Below, in pieces: positions 53,023 through 64,000 of a DNA stretch of 64,000 nucleotides. Numbering within the stretch: position 1 is the stretch's first letter; each line of letters opens with the position of its first letter. Location: assembly GCA_951406725.2 (NCBI GenBank), contig OX597816.1, positions 19,034,001 to 19,098,000 on the forward strand, given 5' to 3'. The notes beneath the pieces are model-generated. The model made no database searches and was not told the origin of the DNA. It worked only from the letters and a program-made list of their open reading frames with translations. The DNA comes from Octopus vulgaris (taxonomy: Eukaryota). Made by a program: the position numbers and the translations under genes.

Positions 53023-53256
53023 TACTCTTTACTCTCTTTTTACTTTTTTTTCTTGTTTCAGTCATTTGACTGTGACCATGCTGGAGCACCACCTTTTTAG
53101 TCGAACAAATCGACCCCAGGACATATTCTTTGTAGCCCTAGTACTTATTCTATCGGTATCTTTTGCCGAACCGCTAAGTTACGGAGACGTAAATACACCA
53201 GCATCGGTTGTCAAGCGATGATGGGGGACAAATACAGACACACAAACGCAAACACA

Positions 53257-53296
<40 letters not shown>

Positions 53297-53467
53297 TATA
53301 TACGACGGGCTTCATTCAGCTTCCGTCTACCAAATCCACTCACAAGGCTTTGGTCGGCCCGAGGCTATAGTAGAAGACACTTGCCCAAGGTGCCACGCAT
53401 TGGGACTGAACCCAGAACCATGTGGTTGGCAAATAGCTTGTTTACCACACAGCTACTTCTACGCCTA
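53023..53467 (-). mobile_element. SINE family A
   Basis: Full-length reverse copy. Confidence 0.9.
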
Positions 53468-53546
53468 ATTGTAGTTACATTTGGCAGTTGATACTGTACA
53501 CGTATAAAGCTTGTTTTTACACCCACAGGCATAAACATGCGCGTGT

Positions 53547-53642
<96 letters not shown>

Positions 53643-54561
53643 CGCAAGATCACCAAATATGAAACTGGTATAATTTTGTTGTGTATGTTTATGTAAATCG
53701 TTACGAACTTTCCACAGTTCACTACGATAGTAACACACAGTGTAGTTTAAGAAATAAATATTCACACACATATGATATGAAAGTGTATTGTTAGGATATT
53801 CTGTATTAAATGAATATAAATGGCAATAAGTTATGCAATCATTAAATTAAGCCTGTTTATTTCACTTCCGCATTAAAACTAAATATGTACTGCATTGAAC
53901 AATCTCCAATAGCGTTTCTTACATGGCAATTAATACTACAGTGTAAATGCTTACAATATCAGAAAGTCTGTCCGTTGCTTGAAAAATTCTTACGCATGAA
54001 ATAGCTTTCCGGTATCTATCTGCCACTATAAACTTCCCTTTCATCCTTTCGAATTTAGTAAATGCAGTAAATGCATGTCGGTCTTGTACCTCGGTCAAAG
54101 CATCCGGTTATAATTGTTCAGTGCAAATTAGCGCTACTTTTCCATATAGGATCAAATATTATTGTTGCACATGCTTGTATCTGACATGCATTGACTTTCA
54201 GTCAATCCATTGCCAGCCAAATTAAACAGGTTTAATGATCCAATGTACAACACACAGAAACAACCTAAAATCAATGAAGTAAATGATCTGAGCTATTCAA
54301 CAGAACACATACGCCCATCAAGATGCAATGTGATCTAATACGTTTAGTGCATTAGAACAAGGAGGATTTAGATGTATCCGAGAAGCGTGGAACTTAATTC
54401 AGCCAAAGCTGCCAAATCCATGGCAAGAAGTATATCATGTACAACGGGAATAACCAACGTTTGTTAAAAGTACACGTACCTTTGGAATGCTTAGTCACCT
54501 AGACGTTCATTCAGTAACAGAACAGGTGAATTGGTTTACCGAACATCTGGAGCTCTCGGAA

Positions 54562-54775
54562 GGCGGCGAGCTGGCAGAAACGTTAGCATTCCGGTATTTA
54601 GCGGTATTTCCTCTTTCTCTACATTTCGAGTTCAAACTCAGCCGAAGACAACTTTGCCATTCAAATGTTTCGGGGTCGACAAATTAAGTACCAGTTGCGT
54701 ACTGTGGCCGATCTAATCGACTGGCCCACTTCACCCAAATTTCGGGCCTTGTGTCTAGAGTAGAAAAGAATATCT
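54562..54775 (+). mobile_element. SINE family B (older variant tail)
   Basis: GGCGGCGAGCTGGCAGAAACGTTAGC head and core. Confidence 0.8.
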
Positions 54776-55049
54776 GCAACTCTCGGAATACTAGCTGGCT
54801 AAAACCCATGCGGACGTTTGCACACATTCGCACGCACACGCAAACATACATACACACACACACACGCGCAGACACACATAGGCATACAAACACACACACA
54901 CACATGCGCACACACTCATGTATATTTGCATGTGTTTATGATTATTTTCTATATGGTTCCGTCTTTCTTTATAGTTGCTGTGAGCGTTATTTGATCTTCG
55001 GAAAAATAAATCTTTCGCACTAATGATTTTATAAAGATTTAGTGTCTTT

Positions 55050-55352
55050 ACGTTCTGAGGACAGACAAATCCTCTTGTCTGTCCTTGTTTGTCCCTTCTA
55101 TGTTCAGCCCCTTGTGGGCAATATAAAGAAATAAGAAACATTAGCACGCCGGGCGAAATGCTTATCGGTATTTTGTCCGCCGTTACGTTCTGGATTCAAA
55201 TTCAGCCGAGGTCGACTTTGTCTTTCAACCTTTCGGGGTCAATAAATTAAGTACCAGTTACACACTGGTCTCCATGTAATCAACTTAATCCCTTCGTCTG
55301 TCCTTGTTTGTCTCCTCCATGTTTAGCCCCTTGTGGGCAATAAAGAAATAAG
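55050..55352 (+). mobile_element. SINE family B partial dimer
   Basis: The tail of one unit joins AAACATTAGCACGCCGGG of the next. Confidence 0.8.
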
Positions 55353-55940
55353 AAAAATGAAATCAGAAATATGTGGTTAAAAGGAAAAATACTTTTATAT
55401 AGACGTCCTCGTGTTGTACACGGTAACATATTGAACGCTTAAAACACAGTTTCACTTTAGAGACGGAAATGAAATAAAATTTGGATGAGAAAAAATCCAT
55501 GGAAATATGTAAGAGAGCAACATTAATTTGGAAGGAGAAAGAAACCAAGATATATATTTCAATTACGGTGTCCTAAATACCTGGAAACCAACGAACAAGA
55601 CTGAGCAGAGCCTGCTCGTGGAAATAAAAGTTTAAGAAAAAATATTACTGAAGCAACGGACTTATATTTAAGCGGAGTTAATGGAAACAAATCAGATAAT
55701 ACGTTTCATTACTGCAACTGTAGCAGTAATAAGTAACGGTTATAATGCTCTCAGAGGTATGTTAAACAAATTAGAAGGGCGAGACTGATAACGATGCGTA
55801 AGAAAGCAAAATAATGTCGGCATTAACGATAAACCAAAACGGCGTTGAATGAGGTACTCTATGTTGTTGTCCACAAACACATGTTTCTATATCTATATAT
55901 TTTATATATGTGTGTGTGGGTATACTTTTAGATATACATG

Positions 55941-56006
<66 letters not shown>

Positions 56007-56253
56007 CATATGTATATATATATATATGTATCTATATATAAATATATCTACATGTATATATATAGAGAGAGATAGATAGATAGAAACATATATATATATA
56101 TATATACATACATATATCTATATATATGTATATATATATATATATATATACATATATATATGGATGTATATATATATATATATATGTATCTATATAGAAA
56201 TATATTTATATGTATATTGAAATATATATATATATATGCCCTTGTTTATAAGT

Positions 56254-56288
<35 letters not shown>

Positions 56289-56929
56289 AGGTGTAGGTAT
56301 ATGTAGGTATATATAATGTACTGTACGGTAATGGAAAATAATGAAAATCTCAGATCACCAAGGAAACATAAGAAGTTTATATTTTATTCTTTAAGAAGCC
56401 AAAGAAAACTTTTAAAATATATGCTTAAGTAATGGTTTTGAGACGATTTCTCAACAATTGATAAGAAGCGCAAATTTAAAGCTAAATAGAAAGTTATTAG
56501 TTTGCATAGGGAGATATAGGTTTCCTATAGAAAGCAACTAAATATAATCGTTGAAGGAGAATGAATTAAATAACTGTGGATTATGCGGAAGCGAAGTAGA
56601 AATATTTGAAACATAGTCGTGGGATCTTTTTCTCAGTCAAGTAGTATATCTATGAATCAGGTAGATTCGAAACTTCCATTCACCAGCAGCTATGATTGTA
56701 ATAGGATTTCCCACCAGAAAAAGGCCATATTGATTTACATAAGGAAAAATCGCAGGAAGTATATACAATACAAAAAAAAAAAGATGACCAACATTTAATT
56801 CATCCAGAATGACTGATAAAGATTAACCGGCTGGATATCTTAAATATCACCATAAAGAATGGATGTGCGGAATAAATGACTTCGATTTCTCTATACAAGC
56901 TGTCGACATTTTATCTACAAAACATATAT

Positions 56930-57062
56930 ATTGGGCTGTCCGGAAAGTTAGAGCTGATTTATAATAGCTTACCTTTCAACGCATTTTAGAACATGGTTGA
57001 GTCCATAAAATAGGATTTGACTACACCTCCATTTAGAGCACAGTTTAAGCTCTGCATTCAAA
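56930..57062 (+). mobile_element. Mariner-like terminal fragment
   Basis: TA-TTGGGCTGTCCGGAAAGTT.. resembles a mariner TIR; no partner end seen. Confidence 0.4.
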
Positions 57063-57589
57063 TAACACGGACATTGATGTCCTTCCTTCTGTGATCCAGA
57101 GAATAAGTACCAGTTAAGCTCTGTGGTTAATATAATCATCCTAACTTTCTAACCATTAAAATTTCACGCCGTGTGCTTATGAAAGGAAGAATTATATACG
57201 TAGAGTAATTGCAAAACAGCGGAGGAGTCTTCGCCAACATCTCAAACATTAAATCACGTTCCAGTTTACGAAATCATACAAACTTTACTGTGTGCACACA
57301 TATTTTTATTCTCGGCACTGTTAGAGTTATCCCTCCTGCGTCTCCCTTTCTTTTTCTTAATTAATAATGGTTAGGGGAGATTAGATATATCAGCGAAGAT
57401 ATTTATTTATGGATGCGAAAAGGATGAAAGACAAAGCAGTAAGAAAGGGTCAGAAGAAATTCCAAAGACTGTTTTTTTTACGATATCAGCAATTTTAACA
57501 GTTCAGTGCTATAGCAATAATAGCTAAAATAACAACCGTATAAACAGCAACAACAACAGCAACAGAAATAATAATTCTTCCTTTCCTAA

Positions 57590-57758
57590 TGGAGACAGAA
57601 GGACTCAAATTTGGTAGGAGAGGACTTAATCTTTTTACCCTGAAAGATGAAAGGTAAAGTCGATCTCGGCGGAATTTGAACTCAGAACGTAGTGTCGGGT
57701 GAAATACCGCTAAGTATTTCGTTCAGTATGATCACGATTCTGCCAGCTCGCTGCGTTG

Positions 57759-57833
<75 letters not shown>

Positions 57834-57990
57834 TTAAAAACAATAACTTCTTTTCTACAAAAGTCGCAACGCCTAAAATTTTGTGGGGTGTGGTGCTTGT
57901 CGATTACATCTACACCAGGCTTAACTAGTAGTTCATTTATCGTCTCCAAAATAATGGAAGGCAAAGTGGGCCTGCAAATTTGAAAGACGA
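57590..57990 (-). mobile_element. Degenerate SINE family B copies flanking an (AAT)n tract
   Basis: Core GTCGATCTCGGCGGAATTTGAACTCAGAACG and tail remnants. Confidence 0.7.
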
Positions 57991-57999
57991 AAAGCACTA

Positions 58000-58685
58000 T
58001 ACTTGCAGTAGAAGATCAAGCTTTGGCTATGAGCTGGAGGGTCAACCAAAGGAATGAGCAAGTGTCAATGCTGTGCCGCATTTGCTACAGAGGGATGAAT
58101 TCCGAAAACAAGTAGAAGTCGTGGTGACACGACCAGGACGCGACAGTGCTATATTGGAAACTTAGCAAAATGGGAGAGATTGAGAGAGACAAGACGTAGT
58201 ATTAGCACAAACCATAGGGTGGCGGAGTCAGAGACGAGCAAAATCCTCTTCAGATTCTAGTGCATAATGGATCGGACCTAGTGGTGTTGGACAAGGTGCA
58301 GCACATTTGTTATATACTTGATGTTGCATGCCCATTTGACGCAGGTATATTCAAGAAAGAAGGTGAAAAGAAGAGATAAATACAACGCCTTTAAGCACCA
58401 AATAGTCTGGCTATGGGAATTGAAGAATGTGAAGATGGTGCCAATTATTGTTGGGTTATTGGGAGCAGTGTCAGATGGTATTAAGGGGAATATAAAGAAA
58501 ATTGGAATAGAGTGCCCAGTAGAGCTTTCACCAGAGATTTGGCTCCTTTGCAAAATGGAAATAATTAGGAAAGTATTAGATATCTGAAAAGAACGGATAA
58601 CATAGCAACGTAGGCTGCACGTAGCAAGCCCGCTACGCATGTAGGACTCTAGAAGCCCCAACAAAACCCCTGATAAAGAGACATA
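58000..58685 (+). pseudogene. Older R4/Dong-like LINE 3' fragment (restriction-like endonuclease)
   Basis: ILDVACPFD..EKRDKY..LWELKNVKMVPIIVGLLG..IIRKVLDI*, followed by a (CAA)n tail. Confidence 0.7.
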
Positions 58686-58724
58686 GCAACAACAACAACA
58701 ACAGCAACAGCAATAATAATAAAA

Positions 58725-59455
58725 ATACAGCCACTTGTTATATAGAGATGACCTAAAAGGTGAGCTACTAATGGTAAACAGCTGGAAACATTAGTACAGA
58801 GAGTAAATGGATTTACCAAAGAAATAAACATGAAATTTGACTTAGAAAAATGTGCAAAAACTAGTTAAGAGTGGCAACATCACACTAGATAAAACAAATG
58901 AAATAAGAGAAGTAGACCAAAGCCAGACATACAAATAGTTAGGAATCAATGAACTAGATACGATACAACACACACAAATGAAAAGAACAATAATAAAAGA
59001 CTACTATAGACAATTTAGATTAATACTGAAAGCAGAGCGAATAAACAAGATAATATAAACCAAAACTCTAACCGTCACAGTTATAAGTTACAGCTACAAT
59101 ATATTTAACTGGACTCTAAAAATGAACTAATGAAAATAGTCAGAGAAACAAGGAAAATAATGACAGGATTTAGGATGCACCACCCAAAATCTGATATAGA
59201 AAGGTTATATATAGAACGTATAGTAGGTGGTAGGGGCCTTATACGGCTAGAAAACTATTACAAAATAACCACCATAGGATTATAAAATTACCTACTTCAG
59301 AAGCAAGGAAGATTAATACAAATACACACAAAACACGAACAGGAACCGATAAATATAAAAAAAGGAGTCATGCTACTTAACAACTATGAAGAAAAATGAA
59401 GAAACACCAAAAGCTGTAAAACAACTGCGGTCCAATATAAGACTGGAATAGCATC
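58725..59455 (+). pseudogene. Decayed R4/Dong-like RT fragment
   Basis: SHLLYRDDLK, INMKFDLEKCAK and MHHPKSDIERLY..GGRGL, with stops and frameshifts. Confidence 0.75.
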
Positions 59456-59544
59456 GCAAACCAAAGCGCATACTCAAGTCACACAGAGCTGCGCTCGGTA
59501 GTGTAGAGAAAGCACGTGATAAAAATATGACTACTGAAAGATGA

Positions 59545-59604
<60 letters not shown>

Positions 59605-59701
59605 AAATACTACTACTACTACTACTACTACTACTGCTGCTGCTACTACTACTACCACTACTGCTACTGCTGCTGCTGCTGTTACTACTACTACTACTAC
59701 A

Positions 59702-59741
<40 letters not shown>

Positions 59742-59761
59742 AAAATAATAATAATAATTAT
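59545..59761. repeat. (CTA)n/(CTG)n then (AAT)n microsatellite
   Basis: Read directly. Confidence 0.95.
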
Positions 59762-60322
59762 AATGCCCTGATGTAATACCAGCCAGTGGCTGTCAAGGCT
59801 TTTGTTCTTAACTATTTGAAAGTGTTATCATGTCCATTGTTTTGTCTTGGTATAAAAGATTGGCTCCAACAAATATCCTGCTTAATACCACAGATTTGCT
59901 TCTCAGCTGTTTGACCTCAACCAGTTGAGCATGTCCCTTAGTGGCTGACGATATATGCATCTCTGATCATGAGCAGAAGTAGTGGAGGAGCATCATAACC
60001 ATGTGTTGAGAGGGATTCTTTGGGGTTTGAATAATTCACCTCTGAAAACATGGGTGTTTCGTTCAACATCCTTAAACAACCTTTATTTAGTGATCTTTTA
60101 AGAGGGATGGGTTAGTCAAACAGAAGAAAATTCTAACTGGGCCCCACCTGCAAGGTCATACGCATTTTATGTTGATATGAGATCAATATGTCGTGCATAT
60201 ATGTTCGTGATGCATGTACCTAGAGTACACTTATCAGAGGAGTAGTCACGATGGGCATACTGGGCTTCGTTTATTTTACTCCAGTGTCACTTTGATGGCA
60301 TGCACTGCTCTCTCACTCAATG
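59762..60322 (+). mobile_element. ~560-bp non-coding element flanked by (AAT)n
   Basis: Second copy at 32215-32715; no long ORF; (AAT)n on both sides. Confidence 0.75.
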
Positions 60323-60390
<68 letters not shown>

Positions 60391-60394
<4 letters not shown>

Positions 60395-61635
60395 CTGAAC
60401 TAAATGCACGTAACAAGGTGTTAGCTATAAATTCCTTAGCAGTTCCAGTTGTTACTTATAGCTACAATGTGTTGAACTGGAATATGAGTGAAGTAAAGAA
60501 CATAGATAGAAAAATACGCAAGCTGCTGCGTTGTAATAGGATGCACCACCCAAAGGCAGACGTAGATCGCCTTTACCTTCCCAGAGCCCAAGGATGTCGA
60601 GGCCTGATCCAATTTGAACTTGCTTACAAAACAACCACAATTGGACTGGCCAAATATCTCGAAATATCGAATGACTGGATGCTAAAGCTGGTGGAAAATC
60701 ACGAGAGACGAAAGAAGCTTCATTCTATCATAAAGGAAAGCAACAAATTTGCTATTGATCTCGTGCAGGATACCCAAACTGAACAACCCGAGGGAAGTAC
60801 GGCAACTATTGTTGCAAAGAAGGTGAAAATGATGGCAATGAAGAAAGCGCACGAGCAATTGGCTGATAGGTGGGAGGAGAAACCTCTGCACGGCAAATAT
60901 GTGACCCGCAGCAAACAAGCTGATGTTGACCTGAAGCAAACCCATCAGTGGCTACGGAGCTCAGGGCTAAAATCAGAGAGCGAAGGTTTCATCCTGGCTG
61001 CTCAAGATCAAAGCCTATTAACCCGGAACTACCAGGCCAATGTGATGAAAAATGGAGCAGACCCAAAATGCCGATTCTGCAACGACATGATTGAAACAGT
61101 GGACCACCTAATCTCTGGATGTAAAGTCTTAGCACCAGTGGAGTATAAATTAAGACATGACAGAGTTGGCCAATATCTCCACTGGCTAATAAGTCGGCAT
61201 TACAATATCAAAACTGCCGACAAGTGGTATAATCACCACCCTGAGGCTGTAACTGAAGGAGAAAATGTAACCATTCTGTGGGACTTTCCAGTACATACAG
61301 ACCGAACCATCAAGGCCAATAAACCAGATATTGTTGTGAAAGACCAAAACAATAAAGTTTGCTTATTGATCGACATGAGCATCCCCTGTGATCATAATAT
61401 CTCAGCGAAAGAGTTTGACAAGCTCAGAAAATATAAAGACCTACTCATTGAAATTGAGAAAATGTGGCATCTCAAGGCGGTTACAATACCAGTGATCGTA
61501 GGAGCACTAGGAATGATCAAGAAGGGAACCGAAAATTATATGAGAATGATCCCTGGCTTACCATCCCTGCAAGAAGTGCAAAAGATTATCTTAACTGGTA
61601 CATCACACGTATTGAGAAGAGCATTGTCGATGTGA
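60391..61635 (+). CDS. R4/Dong-clade non-LTR retrotransposon ORF, 5'-truncated (RT C-terminus, CCHC knuckle, PD-(D/E)xK endonuclease)
   Basis: Uninterrupted frame: NKVLAINSLAVPVVTYS, RLYLPRAQGCRGL, CRFC..ETVDHLISGC, RHD, KPDIVV..LIDMSIP..DKLRKY. Begins right after (AAT)n; 3' UTR to ~61808, then (AAT)n. Confidence 0.9.
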
Positions 61636-61807
61636 GAACTGTTGCTGCTCATGTATTTTAATTTAACTTTAAAAAAAAAAAAAAAAATTAACGAACTACT
61701 GAGTTTGGTTTAATGGCCTACCAATGTATACTATGAGTTTCTTTGCCCTAGGAGTCGGGAAGACACTCGGCAAGAAATGGAAACAAATTTGAAAGTTGAA
61801 AAAAAAA

Positions 61808-61843
<36 letters not shown>

Positions 61844-61845
61844 TA

Positions 61846-62123
<278 letters not shown>

Positions 62124-62374
62124 TAATAATAATAATAATAAAAAGTAATAATAATAATGATCATTATTATTATTGTTGATATTATTATTAGTTTTATTGT
62201 TGTTGTTTTATATTTCCTCATTTTCTACGATGTTTTAGCACAGGGTTAATCCCTAACTTCGACCATCTTGGTTCGCTGTTATTTCAGTATATATTATTCT
62301 AGAGGATAAAAAGCATTGTAGATGTAAACTTGATATGAAATCAGACAGTGAGTCGGATTAAACATTCTTTGCAT

Positions 62375-62562
62375 TATATGCTGAAGGCCCGAGACTTTAT
62401 GGGGATAGGGTTGTCATTTACCCTTACTCTAGTATTTCATTAGTACTTGCTTCATCGATTCCGAAATCGACCTCGGCTGCATTTGAACTCACGATGTAAA
62501 TCAGATGAAACGCAATTAACAATTTTTTGCGTTGTGTTAAAAATTCTGCTAGCTCGCTACCT
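62375..62562 (-). mobile_element. Degenerate SINE family B
   Basis: TCGACCTCGGC..TTTGAACTC..TCTGCTAGCTCGC. Confidence 0.6.
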
Positions 62563-62659
62563 TTGTCGATCGAAATATATTTTGCTGATGCTTCTACGAT
62601 TCGGCCGATTACGTTATAAAAAATAGCATTAGTATATATCAGATGCTGATAAATGAGAA

Positions 62660-63050
62660 CAAAATGAAAAGAAACAAGAAGAATGGTAAAGAAGATGAAG
62701 GGGAAGATGAAGAAGAAGAAGAAGAAGAAGAAGATGAAGATGATGAAGAAGAAGAAGAAGAAGAAGAAGAAGAAGAAGAAGGAGGGGGACGAGAAAAAGA
62801 TGATGATGATGATGAAGAAGAAGAAGAAGGAGGAGGAGGAGGAGAAGAAAAAGGAGGAGAAGAAGAAGGAAAAAGAAAAAGAAGAAGAAGAAGAAGAAGA
62901 AGAAGAAGAAGAAGAAGAAGAAGAAGAAGAAGAAGGAGAAGAAGAGGAAGAATATCAAGAAGATCAAGAAGGTGAAGACGAAGAAGAAAAAGAAGAAGAA
63001 GAAGGAGAAGAAGAAAGAGAAAAAGGAGAAGAAGAAAGAGAAGAAGAATA
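62660..63050. repeat. Purine-rich (GAA/GAG/GAT)n tract
   Basis: Read directly; generates the poly-E/K/R ORFs. Confidence 0.9.
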
Positions 63051-64000
63051 TTTGTTTAAGAACCTGGGAGACTCGGCTGAAAGAATTACAAAAACAAGTA
63101 GGAAAAAATCGGCAAATCTTGCAAAAAATCACATTAACGATGTATCTAATAGTAAGTGATGTATTAAATGCACTTAGGCATGTTTTAGAAATGCTTTAGA
63201 CATGTTTTATACAGTACGATCTACAATTAAGTGTAAAAATACATCGGGTCGATGTACAGAAGAATTTGAGTTGGACATGTTATCTCATTTAAAATATATT
63301 GGGTACAAATATGAGGAATAACAGCAAAGCTGAAATTGAGTATGATTTCGTGGAACCTCATTCATAAAAATTACGAGAAAAAATCATCTGCAAATCTCCA
63401 CACCACAGGAAGGAAGATTTGCTCAAGGAAAAAAATTAGAGACTATTTAGTAAAGAATAATTGAAAAGTAATATTAATATCTTCAAAAGCAAATTCTGGT
63501 ACAACAAATAAAAGATCATTTTTGTATTAAGGCCATCTAAAACGTATTAACCACAGATGAAATGAAAGTCGAAATAAAAGAAAATATAGTTGAGAAAAAT
63601 TTCACATGGCTACGATACTAATAATCATAAACCTGAATTTGTGGGGAAATAATGATAATTCGGAATACCTGCTGAGAACAGTATGCATACCTGAAATTCA
63701 AATTTTGCTTCTCAGCATAATATCAAAATATTTTACAACCTTGTAATGAAATATTGCAATTCTGCAATTGGTGATTACGCTTATGTGAAAAATTATTATT
63801 ACGTGCTTTGTGGAAACGTGTTCAGTTTTAGCAACAATAGAGCAACAGGTGAAATTGTTTGGGATTAGAGAGATAAAAAGGTATTGCAGTATTAGGAAAT
63901 ACAACCGAAAAGTGACATAAACAGCACAGGAATCAGATAATAAGAAAGCAAATATATTCCCAATAGAAGTACAATTTGTAACAAATAATACAGAATATCG

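Overview
AT-rich eukaryotic (metazoan) intergenic or intronic DNA, dense in microsatellites ((TA)n, (CA)n, (TATG)n, (AAT)n, (GAA)n). The tRNA-derived SINE repertoire suggests an octopus/cephalopod genome (inference). I found no convincing host protein-coding exon, and nearly all short ORFs in the track are microsatellite read-throughs. Transposons dominate the window: (i) a near-intact, 5'-truncated Penelope-like element (PLE; RT + GIY-YIG, minus strand, 46.6-50.2 kb) whose ends form a 424-bp inverted repeat; (ii) many PLE 3'-end stubs and fold-back palindromes inserted in (TA)n tracts, many with minimal type-I hammerhead ribozyme (HHR) motifs; (iii) R4/Dong-like LINE fragments with a restriction-like endonuclease, inserted in (AAT)n tracts; (iv) three SINE families, Helitron/Helentron derivatives and Tc1/mariner relics. 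The most striking observation is that the intact PLE family carries, in four copies, a hammerhead-shaped motif with core GUGAACA instead of CUGANGA. This is a compensatory swap of the C3-G8 tertiary pair to G3-C8, with a second compensatory change in stem III. Also notable are a rod-like ~280-bp palindrome with an HHR at its apex, and a SINE trimer with an exact 184-bp period inside a single TSD. All calls were made by eye; boundaries of degenerate elements are approximate.
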